The notes below the pieces were generated by a model. That model saw only the letters and a program-made list of their open reading frames with translations. It was not told the origin of the DNA and made no database searches. The position numbers and the translations under genes were made by a program. Shown one piece after another: positions 16,900 through 26,100 of a stretch of 32,000 nucleotides of DNA. Numbering within the stretch: the stretch's first letter is position 1; each line of letters starts with the position of its first letter. The stretch covers positions 2,760,001 through 2,792,000 of the forward strand of contig NZ_CP065936.1 in NCBI RefSeq assembly GCF_003367075.2. Direction: 5' to 3'. The DNA comes from Cylindrospermopsis raciborskii Cr2010 (GTDB lineage Bacteria; Cyanobacteriota; Cyanobacteriia; Cyanobacteriales; Nostocaceae).

Positions 16900-18188
16900 T
16901 AGATGATAGTTCCATCGGGAATAACAGCATTTTTTAAAACCACAACTATACCGCTACGGATGTAGAAACCTTGTTTTTCTCGCTCCGCTTCCTGAACGTT
17001 GTCTTTGTTGATTATCCTGACATTATGACCAATTCGGGCATTCTTGTCAATGATCGCTCGGCGAATAATTGTATCCGTACCAATACCTAAAGGAATGTCT
17101 CCTTTGTCTAGGTTACACACTCGTTCCACGGAAGGCTGATAAAAGTCTGAACCCATAATTAAAGATTCCTCAACTATGGAACCTGACTCTACACGCGATC
17201 GCACTCCCAATACTGAATGCTGAATGCGGCAGTTTTTCAAAATACAGCCTTCACCAATCATGGATTCTTTGATATCACAGTCCAATAATTTGGAAGGTGG
17301 TAGGTAGCGGGCGCGGGTATAAATGGGTGCTTCCTCATCATAGAAGCTAAAGGGAGGGACTGGTTGTTGGGTGAGGGCGAGGTTAGCATTGTAGAAGGCT
17401 TCAATGGTACCTATGTCTTCCCAGTAACCATCAAATAGATATGCTTGAACATTGTGATCTTTGGCAGCGTCGGGGATAATTTCTTTGCCAAAATCGGTTT
17501 TTTCTAAGGACTCCCTCAAAAGTTTAATGAGAACGTCTTTTTTAAAAACATAAATGCCCATGGATGCAATATAGGGCTGTGATCGGGCTTCTTCGCTGGT
17601 TAGACCCAAAACAGTGGTATCTACCTGCATTTTTGCCAGTGCTTCACCTTTGGGTTTCTCACTAAAGTCAATTACCCGACCAGCACTGTCAATTTTCATT
17701 AAACCAAAATCCGAGGCCCGACGACCATCTATGGGAATTACCGAAAGGGTAATATCAGCATTGGTTTCCCGATGGCGCTGAACAAATAAACGGTAATCCA
17801 TCCGATATAGATGATCGCCAGAAAGAATTAGAAATTCATCTACATCCCACTCCTGTAACATCCAAATGTACTGACGCACAGCATCAGCGGTTCCCTGGAA
17901 CCAATTGGGGTTTTCCGGAGTTTGTTGTGCTGCTAGTACCTCTACAAAACCATCGCTGAAGCCACTAAAATTGTAAGCACGAGCAATATGACGATTTAGG
18001 GACGCTGAGTTAAACTGTGTAAGAACATAAATTTTAAAAATCTCTGAATTTATACAGTTACTAACGGGGATATCTATTAACCGGTATTTACCAGCCACAG
18101 GTACTGCTGGTTTAGCCCTGAGCTTAGTCAGGGGGTACAGTCTTGTACCCGCTCCCCCACCTAGAATGATTGCTAAAACTCTTTTCAC
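16899..18188 (-). CDS. glgC: Glucose-1-phosphate adenylyltransferase (ADP-glucose pyrophosphorylase)
   Basis: 429 aa. N-terminus [48 protein letters not shown] and a C-terminal left-handed beta-helix region. The sequence is highly characteristic. Confidence 0.93.
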   Translation of the reverse strand: MKRVLAIILGGGAGTRLYPLTKLRAKPAVPVAGKYRLIDIPVSNCINSEIFKIYVLTQFNSASLNRHIARAYNFSGFSDGFVEVLAAQQTPENPNWFQGTADAVRQYIWMLQEWDVDEFLILSGDHLYRMDYRLFVQRHRETNADITLSVIPIDGRRASDFGLMKIDSAGRVIDFSEKPKGEALAKMQVDTTVLGLTSEEARSQPYIASMGIYVFKKDVLIKLLRESLEKTDFGKEIIPDAAKDHNVQAYLFDGYWEDIGTIEAFYNANLALTQQPVPPFSFYDEEAPIYTRARYLPPSKLLDCDIKESMIGEGCILKNCRIQHSVLGVRSRVESGSIVEESLIMGSDFYQPSVERVCNLDKGDIPLGIGTDTIIRRAIIDKNARIGHNVRIINKDNVQEAEREKQGFYIRSGIVVVLKNAVIPDGTII

Positions 18189-18526
18189 AAAATTTCTCCA
18201 GACTACCTTTCAACTCTCATCTTTAGTTTAGAACTATGGGTTACAAATGATAAGAGGGGGGGATCAAAGAATGTGAGCCAAGAATTTTCAGCAATTGATT
18301 CAGTGGGTGGGCTAGACGCGGGAAATAAGGCTAAAATGAGTGTAAACTTTCTTGATTATATCCCTTGTTTGGTGTTTACATGTATAAACTAGTTATATTC
18401 TTATTACTTCCAATAAGACGGGACTGATAATCATTTCTGAGCGAGCTTTTTCTGTGTTAATTGCAACTGCTAAATCAATACTTTCTGTCTGAGGATGTTC
18501 TGCTGGCTATTATATATACGGATTTT

Positions 18527-18857
18527 CTACATTAAGGTGAAGGTTTTTAAAAACAGGAGTATTACAACTACCTCTAAAGTGGGTTTGTTGGGTTTCGTTC
18601 CTCAACCCAACCTACATTAAGGTGAAGGTTTTTAAAAACAGGAGTATTATAACTACCTCTAAAGTGGGTTTGTTGGGTTTCGTTCCTCAACCCAACCTAC
18701 ATTAAGGTGAAGGTTTTTAAAAACAGGAGTATTACAACTACCTCTAAAGTGGGTTTGTTGGGTTTCGTTCCTCAACCCAACCTACGTTAAGGTGAAGGTT
18801 TTTAAAAACAGGAGTATTACAACTACCTCTATAGGAGTATTGGAACTACCTCTAAAG
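18527..18857. repeat. Tandem direct repeat, 85-bp unit x ~3.9, each unit carrying the GTTGGGTTTCGTTCCTCAACCCAAC hairpin core of the dispersed MITE-like family
   Basis: ATTAAGGTGA recurs at 18531, 18616 and 18701 (GTTAAGGTGA at 18786), a period of exactly 85 bp. Units differ by single substitutions. The last unit is partial with an internal duplication of GGAGTATT..AACTACCTCTAAAG. Confidence 0.9.
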
Positions 18858-18901
18858 TTATGTGTTATGCTGCTGAAAATCTTCACTTTTTACCTGGATT
18901 T

Positions 18902-20335
18902 ATGCAGATTCACACACCAGACTGGGTCAAGCACGCCATTTTCTATCAGATCTTCCCTGACAGATTTGCTAAGGGTAATCAATTTAAACCTAGCTTATTA
19001 AGTAATCCTCAATGGGAAGATTGGGATGCTTCCCCCACTTTACAAGGTTATAAGGGTGGAGACTTGTGGGGTGTTTTAGAAAAATTAGACCATATAGAAA
19101 ACTTGGGAGTTAATGCTATTTACTTTACTCCTATTTTTCAGTCTGGGAGCAATCATCGTTATCATACCCACGACTACTATCAAGTGGATCCGTTATTAGG
19201 GGGAAATGGAGCTTTTAGAGAGTTGTTAAATGAGGCGCACAAACGCAATATAAAGATTGTGTTAGATGGGGTTTTTAATCATGCAAGTCGAGGGATTTTC
19301 TTCTTCCATGATATATTAGAAAATGGTCCAAATTCTCCCTGGGTAGACTGGTTTAAAATTCAGGACTGGCCACTTGCACCCTATACCAACGACGCACCAG
19401 CAAATTATGAAAGTTGGGCAGATATTCGTTCTTTACCAGTATTTAATCATGATCATCCAGATGTGCGGGAATATATTATGCAAATTGCCGAATATTGGAT
19501 AAAATTTGGCATTGATGGATGGCGTTTAGATGTACCTGATGAAATTAAAACTCCTGGTTTTTGGCAGGAATTTCGAGAACGGGTGAAAGCAATTAATCCG
19601 GATGCTTATATTGTGGGAGAGGTGTGGGGTGATTCTCGTCAGTGGTTAGATGGCACCCAATTTGATGGAGTTATGAATTACTTATTTACAGGTCCTACTA
19701 TTGCTTTTACTGTAGGAAATCGGATAGAATTGGAAATGATAGAAGGACGTGCTTATGAAGCTTTTCCACCTTTATCTGCAGCTGAGTATGCTGAGAAAAT
19801 GCGGGAGTTATTAAACCTGTACCCGTGGGAAATTCAACTAACCCAACTAAATTTACTGGCAAGTCATGATACAGCCAGATTAATTTCTATTGCTGGTGGT
19901 GATATTACATCGGTTGAATTGGCAACCCTATTACTATTGACATTTCCTGGATCGCCCAGTATATATTATGGAGACGAAGTTGGCTTACCTGGTGGGTTGG
20001 ACCCCGATTGTCGTCGAGGGTTTCCTATAATTGATAAATGGAACTTAGAAATCCTGAAAACTCATAAACAGTTAATTTCTTTGCGTCATCAATATGCTGC
20101 TTTAAGGATAGGAGATTATCAAGTTATTTATGCGGATACCACATTATATGTGTTTGTCAGGAGTTGGGAAGATCAGGAGTTAATGATTGCCATTAATATA
20201 GGAGAGGATGGAGTTAGAGCTAGTCTGGATAGCTATAAACCAGCCAAGTTGTTGTATGGTAATGGAGAAGTATTATGGAGTGGAGAGAAGATTGAGATCA
20301 ATATTCCTGCACGCAGCGGGGCGATTTTTGGTTAG
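18902..20335 (+). CDS. Glycoside hydrolase family 13 (alpha-amylase family) enzyme, neopullulanase/cyclomaltodextrinase-like
   Basis: The four GH13 conserved regions are present: VLDGVFNHAS, GWRLDVPDE, IVGEVW and LLASHDTAR. The N-terminus MQIHTPDWVKHAIFYQIFPDRFA looks native. The tracked ATG at 18860 lies at the edge of the tandem repeat and is less likely. Confidence 0.85.
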   Translation: MQIHTPDWVKHAIFYQIFPDRFAKGNQFKPSLLSNPQWEDWDASPTLQGYKGGDLWGVLEKLDHIENLGVNAIYFTPIFQSGSNHRYHTHDYYQVDPLLGGNGAFRELLNEAHKRNIKIVLDGVFNHASRGIFFFHDILENGPNSPWVDWFKIQDWPLAPYTNDAPANYESWADIRSLPVFNHDHPDVREYIMQIAEYWIKFGIDGWRLDVPDEIKTPGFWQEFRERVKAINPDAYIVGEVWGDSRQWLDGTQFDGVMNYLFTGPTIAFTVGNRIELEMIEGRAYEAFPPLSAAEYAEKMRELLNLYPWEIQLTQLNLLASHDTARLISIAGGDITSVELATLLLLTFPGSPSIYYGDEVGLPGGLDPDCRRGFPIIDKWNLEILKTHKQLISLRHQYAALRIGDYQVIYADTTLYVFVRSWEDQELMIAINIGEDGVRASLDSYKPAKLLYGNGEVLWSGEKIEINIPARSGAIFG

Positions 20336-20370
20336 AGATAGGGGACTTCCATAAAGGAAGTTCTCTATTT
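20336..20370 (+). terminator. Long stem-loop filling the 36-bp gap between the convergent GH13 and U32 genes
   Basis: 20336-20350 pairs with 20356-20370: 15 pairs including 3 G-U, which form only in the + strand transcript. The loop is ATAAA and the right arm ends UAUUU. Confidence 0.45.
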
Positions 20371-20371
20371 A

Positions 20372-22942
20372 TTAGTGATCGGTTAATGCACCACGAGTTA
20401 CACCTAGTTGATTTTGTAATTTTAAGGTTTTCCAAACTTGTGAACCGGTGATTTCTCCTTGGATAAGTTGTTGGTAATAATTGATGGTTTGGGTAACCTG
20501 TTGTGGTGTTTCATGGAGAAATTCGATTCTAAAATTCTTCAACCCCACACTAATTAGTTTGTGTACATATTCTGCTCCAGTTTGTGCAGCACTGTTATAT
20601 ATAGTATTTCTACATCCTGTATCTGCTTTTACTATATGCTCGCTACCTACTCTATCTCGAATTTTTAATTCCTGTTTTTCACAAGGACGACCACAATTGG
20701 TGTAATCTGTTCCCTGGGAGAGAAAGGCACAAAATACACAGTGTTCTATATGGAACATGGGGATGTGTTGATGTATGGTCACCTCTAAAAATTGCGGTGT
20801 GTAAGTGGTGATTAAATCTATGAGTTGATTAATATTCAAGTCATAGGAAGCAGTTAGACGTTGTAGGTTAAATTGTTTTTGAAAATAGTCCGCACTCAAA
20901 GGGTTAGCGATATTTAAAGAAAAATCACCAATACACTGGGCGTCAGCGAAATATTCCAGGTGATCATAATTTCTAACTAGGTAACCATCTGCTTGGCATT
21001 CTTTTAGCTGTTTCAAAATCCAATTTTCTCCCGGTTTAGTAATACGAGGAGGTGCAATATATAGGTTCACAGATTTCTCGGTATCTCGACAGAGTTTTAC
21101 TGCGGCTTGATATTTATGAGGATCTTCAAATTCACAATATATTGTTTCAATATTTGTATCTAACACAGTCAAGAGTTGTTTCATGCTCCTGACTAGTATT
21201 ATCAAAGAAACGCCTGCATCGGTTACACTCTTATCATCTCTGACAATCTTGAGCAGATCTTGCCATTGATGATCATGATTTATCTGCCAAACTTGGGGTT
21301 TACTTCTAAGAATTTGCAATCTTGTGACCAGTTCTCGACGCATTCTATTCAACTCACTCACAGGTAAAATCACATTACCCATAATTTTGTTTTCTAAAGT
21401 TCCTAAATGAAATGGTGTATTCCCCAAACGTCCAAATTGTTCTTGCAATTTTTCTGTAGTTAAGGGTTTAGTATGAGCCTCAACTAGCAGTATTTCTGAT
21501 TCTATTTTGACGATATTACCAATTTCATCCCCAACTATAGCTATTAATTTTTCTCCTGTTTCCCCAAATAATTCTAGATGAATTGGTTTGGTAAAATGGG
21601 GATTTTCTCCTGTGTAGGTTTGACGAATTGCTTTATCTAATTCTGGATCACTGGTTTTCCAAATCTTATCACCTATATGAATTTTCCTGGGATTGATAGC
21701 ATCCCTACCAAAAGTTAAAACTACTTCTTTTCCTTTTTGTGTGACTGTGTACACCCTCCCTCCCTCTTCTGGTAATTCTGGATGTCCACAGTCAAATACT
21801 ACCCCGTCACCAGCTTTAATAGGTGCGACTATTTTTAAAGTTATTTGTTCATTTTTAATTCGCGTTACCTCTCCCACATAAACCCCGCGTTTTTTGCCAA
21901 AATTTGCATGTACCAATTCTTGATTATTAATACCTCTCAACCATCCCGTATAAAGTCCACGGGAAAAGGCCATCTCTAGGGGATACTTGTTATAATTTTT
22001 GTAATCTTGTTTATATGTAATGTTGTGAGATGTGGCGCTTATCTGACTATTGCCTGGTTTGGCAATTTTGTCCAATGCTTGTCGATAAACTTGAGTAACG
22101 TTAGCAACGTATTCTGGTGTTTTTAATCTACCTTCAATTTTTAAAGATGTTACTCCACAGTTTACTAGTTCCGGTAATACCTCTATTCCAGAAAGATCCT
22201 GGGGACTAAGTAAATATTTGCGATTACCTAGGTCAACAATTTTTTCGTCTGCTATTAAATCATAAGGCATTCTACAAGCTTGAGCACATTCCCCTCTGTT
22301 CGCAGAGCGTCCTCCTAACGCTTCACTGGTTAAACATTGTCCAGAATAAGCAACACACAATGCACCATGTACAAATATTTCTAAAGGTAAGGGGATGTTT
22401 TTGTCTAATATTTGTTGTTGAATTTTATTAATCTCCTTAATTGAACACTCTCGTGCTAAAACAACTAATTGACATCCCAGAGATTTAGCAAAATTCACCC
22501 CAGCAGCACTGGTAATAGTCATTTGGGTTGACCCATGAATAGGAAAATCACTAGAAAGATGACGAATCAGACGACAAATACCCACATCCTGAACAATCAC
22601 AGCATCTACACCAGCAGTAATCATGGTTTTGAGGTATTGCTCCACTTCCTGGAGTTCTGAAGTGAAAATTAAGGTGTTTAAGGTGACGTATCCCTTCACT
22701 CCCCGTAAGTGTAAAAATTCTATTAATTCCGGTAGGTCACTAATAGTAAAATTTTGCGATCGCATTCTTGCGTTAAATTTGTCTAAACCAAAATAAATTG
22801 CATCCGCACCATTTTCTACTGCTGCTTTTGCGCATTCCCAGTCACCCGCAGGTGCTAGGAGTTCGGGGAGTTTGATGTTTTTGATGTTATGGTTTTTCAT
22901 TAAGGGATTTTGATTAGAGGATTGCTGACAAAAATCTATCAT
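20372..22942 (-). CDS. U32-family protein with two tandem U32-like modules plus a central domain (annotated 'peptidase U32'; the family includes Fe-S dependent hydroxylases)
   Basis: The N-terminal module starts LPELLAPAGDWECAKAAVENGADAIYFG and carries CVAYSGQC-X15-CAQAC (the CX6CX15CX3C pattern). The C-terminal ~285 aa form a second module with HCVFCAFLSQGTDYTNCGRPC. Start is uncertain: TTG 22948, ATG 22942 (GAAGGA upstream) or ATG 22900. Confidence 0.8.
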   Translation of the reverse strand: MIDFCQQSSNQNPLMKNHNIKNIKLPELLAPAGDWECAKAAVENGADAIYFGLDKFNARMRSQNFTISDLPELIEFLHLRGVKGYVTLNTLIFTSELQEVEQYLKTMITAGVDAVIVQDVGICRLIRHLSSDFPIHGSTQMTITSAAGVNFAKSLGCQLVVLARECSIKEINKIQQQILDKNIPLPLEIFVHGALCVAYSGQCLTSEALGGRSANRGECAQACRMPYDLIADEKIVDLGNRKYLLSPQDLSGIEVLPELVNCGVTSLKIEGRLKTPEYVANVTQVYRQALDKIAKPGNSQISATSHNITYKQDYKNYNKYPLEMAFSRGLYTGWLRGINNQELVHANFGKKRGVYVGEVTRIKNEQITLKIVAPIKAGDGVVFDCGHPELPEEGGRVYTVTQKGKEVVLTFGRDAINPRKIHIGDKIWKTSDPELDKAIRQTYTGENPHFTKPIHLELFGETGEKLIAIVGDEIGNIVKIESEILLVEAHTKPLTTEKLQEQFGRLGNTPFHLGTLENKIMGNVILPVSELNRMRRELVTRLQILRSKPQVWQINHDHQWQDLLKIVRDDKSVTDAGVSLIILVRSMKQLLTVLDTNIETIYCEFEDPHKYQAAVKLCRDTEKSVNLYIAPPRITKPGENWILKQLKECQADGYLVRNYDHLEYFADAQCIGDFSLNIANPLSADYFQKQFNLQRLTASYDLNINQLIDLITTYTPQFLEVTIHQHIPMFHIEHCVFCAFLSQGTDYTNCGRPCEKQELKIRDRVGSEHIVKADTGCRNTIYNSAAQTGAEYVHKLISVGLKNFRIEFLHETPQQVTQTINYYQQLIQGEITGSQVWKTLKLQNQLGVTRGALTDH

Positions 22943-23087
22943 ACCCAAGATTCCTTCAGTGAATTCCCAATTTTCAATATTCAGTCATTTTTTTTAAAAA
23001 ACAGTGTAAATACTGTACATAAAATCCCCGTCAAGAGATAACAATCTATATTAGATACGTTAGATATATTAAGTTTATCCAATTAAG

Positions 23088-23109
23088 CCAATTACTCAAA
23101 AGTAATTGG
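23088..23109 (+). promoter_or_regulatory. 5'-leader hairpin immediately upstream of the ribosome-binding site of the 1472-aa gene
   Basis: CCAATTACT (23088-23096) pairs with AGTAATTGG (23101-23109), a 9-bp stem with a CAAA loop. GGGAGGGGG (23113-23121) and the ATG at 23127 follow. Confidence 0.3.
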
Positions 23110-23126
23110 GTTAGGGAGGGGGACTC

Positions 23127-26100
23127 ATGGTTATGACTAAAAAGTGTTATTCTTACCGGATCATCACCAAAAAATATGCCAAGGTGGTTGTTCAGTTTTT
23201 GCGTATTTTACGAAGAACTACAAAAAACCTAATAAGATTGTTTTTAAAAATTATTTTGAAATCTCAAAGGAGACGAAACTTAAAAAATCAAGGCTTTGTG
23301 TTGCCCACAACAACCATGGTTATCCTGGTGGTAATGTTACTAACAATGGCAATTGTATTTCGCTCCTTTGAAAGAGCTAAACATGCCCATAATACCAAGA
23401 TTAATCAAACGGTAATCAATGCAGCGACTCCTGCAATAGATAGGGGAAAAGCCAAGATTAACCAAATGTTGGCAGATCCTAGAATTACCCAATTTTTACC
23501 TTCAGATCAAGACTTATATAATAACCTAATTAATTACCTAGACGAATATACCTTTGGTGATGAGACTAATCTGACCCTCAACTTGCAAAACTACGAACCC
23601 TTAAAAACCGCTTGGAAATTTCCCGTAGACACTAATAACAATGGTAAATTTGACAGCTATACCCTTTATGGTATTTATTTTAAAAATCCTCCTCAAAGCA
23701 ATCAGCAATACGTGCGAGCTAGAAACACTTTAGAAGCTAGATCTTTACCTATCAACCCAATCGATTTTAATTCTCGATGTCAGGATTTTACTTCAATAAG
23801 TAAAAACTTGGAAAAATTAGTAGATACAAATGGGTGGTTAATAATTGGTGGACAAATGAGAAAAGCCTTTTTTGTTTACACTGCTACAGTTCCCATTACT
23901 AGCCAGATGACCATACCCACACAAAATCAAATTAACTATGAAATATCCCCAGAAAATAAAGCATTTTATGCTTTAGAATATAAGCAAGAGAGAATTCAAA
24001 TTCCATCTAGCAACAACGCCATTGTTTATGAAGATGACTTACAAATTACTGGCAATGAAGACTTCAGAATTAATGGCAGAATTTTTACCAATAGTAACTT
24101 GTTAACCGGTTCAGCTTCCCGATCAATTAGACTCTATCAAATTAGCAGTCAGAGTTCTTGCTTTTACGAACCGGAAAACTCTAAAATTATTGTAGGTGGG
24201 AATTTAGCAGCAGGTGGATTTACAGATAATAAAGATCTATCCACAGCAACCACAGTGGATTTATTTAAGGATAAGGGCGTAAATCCACAAACAATAGCAG
24301 GATACAACCCCAGAATTACAGACCATAAATCGGTTACCAACTCACCACAGAATATAGCCTATAATAGTTTAGCTTATATGAAAAGAATCAATAAGTTAGT
24401 TGATAGGCAAATGGCAAATTATTTGACCACCGATCCTCAAGAAGTAAAACAGGGAATTATCAAAAAACAAAAGCAATTAGGAACAGCATATACAACTGAT
24501 CAATATGACCAAATTCGCCGTAAAGAATTGGAACTCTATTTTCAAAAACGTACCCGCCGCGTACCCTTTCAAGAAGTACCCTTTGGTAGTGAACAGAGTG
24601 ATGTAAATAAGATCGATAATCCCTTACAGAGTACTGGTGATACCCTGCGTCCCATAGATCCATGGATTTATCCATTTGCTAGCGATGGAATCACGGGAAC
24701 TAGTCATAGTCAACTATCATTAAACATCAGTGGTAATTTACTCAAACCCAGTGCAACAGAACCCATGGACCAACTACAAAAACAACTAGGGGGAGTAGAG
24801 CAGTATTTAGGAGACCGGGTTATAGTTGGTCATAATCTACCCCAAATGTGGTGGAATTATCCACAAAATCGCTTTTTTAGCACCGATATTAACCACACTC
24901 AAAACCTCAAAGATATTAATTGGGATCTAGGTAATGAACCAAGAACTCGTTATACCACCCTGCATAACTTAGCTGGTTTAGCTGCAATAGAAAGGGATGG
25001 AGATTGGGAATATGCAGCAGCACAAGTACCTGAAAATCCACAACAGGAAAATTTCATTGGCGGTTTGCGCGTGGTGACTGGTTCTGGAATATATTTACCC
25101 AGAAATCATAATGCTTCTAGCACTAACTTTCTAGATGTTTCAACAAAAATTTGGTCCGATATCTTACCCATACCACAAACATCTACAGAATATGTAAACA
25201 CCACCATTAACCCCTACTGGATGTATGATTCATCCCTGGGGTTTACTTTGCCCAAACTATCTGAAATGGACATTACAACCCCCTATTTAAAAATGCGAGC
25301 TACGGTGGTTTACCACTATAAATCTAGCAATTATCATCAGAACAATCCCACCCCCATAGCTTGTATTAGTAGTTTTTATCTTCCTACAAACAGCAACACA
25401 GCGACAAATATGATCACATTACCTAATGCGGTAGGAATAGAAAAATCCTCTCATGGACTATCTAACAATGGTATCGTTTATCCACCTCCCACTAGAAATG
25501 TTAATGCTTATGCAAATTTACTTACATATCAAGCCCAGTTGCAATACCCTAATGGACGTTGGGTAAATGAACCTTTGAGAAATGCTTTAGCAAAAAATAA
25601 CTATACCTTATCAGAAAAATCCGCTATAGATACTGCCTTATGTGCTTTACAAATCATGGATGGTAGTATAAGTCCTCTGAGTAACCCTCCCATTCCCCAT
25701 GGTGCAATTAAGGAAATAGCTTTTTTAGATTCCAGAGAAATCAGAGCTAATCAAACCTCAAATCAGGTGGATAGTAATTTACCATACGATTTACCCCTGA
25801 GAGATAGACAACCGTTAGAAATTCGTGCTACGGTCATAGACTTAAATCAGCTACGCACAACCAGAATATCAACCGATGAGTATTTATTACCAAATAGTGG
25901 AATTATTTATGCGACTCGGGATGATGCTCTACCAGATATAAGTGGAGGAATATCTGCTAAATCAGAAAGTTCTGTGGATTATAAACTTGATCCTACTCGT
26001 CGTCCTAATGGGATCCTAATTACCACTAGTGATAGTTCACCAACTAAACTTTTCCGTAGTACAAGTAATACATTTAGAAGAGAGGAAAAGGGCTTGATTT

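Noticed and set aside
18527-18857. Possibility that the tandem repeats are a CRISPR array
   Set aside because: The units are contiguous 85-bp direct repeats with no unique spacers between them, and no cas genes lie nearby.
18860-18901. Tracked ATG at 18860 as the GH13 start
   Set aside because: It abuts the tandem repeat. The conserved N-terminus MQIHTPDWVKHAIFYQIFPDRF begins at the ATG at 18902.
23006-23018. NtcA-type site GTA-N8-TAC upstream of the giant gene
   Set aside because: The sequence is GTA-aatactg-TAC, a 7-nt spacer instead of 8, so it does not fit the consensus geometry.
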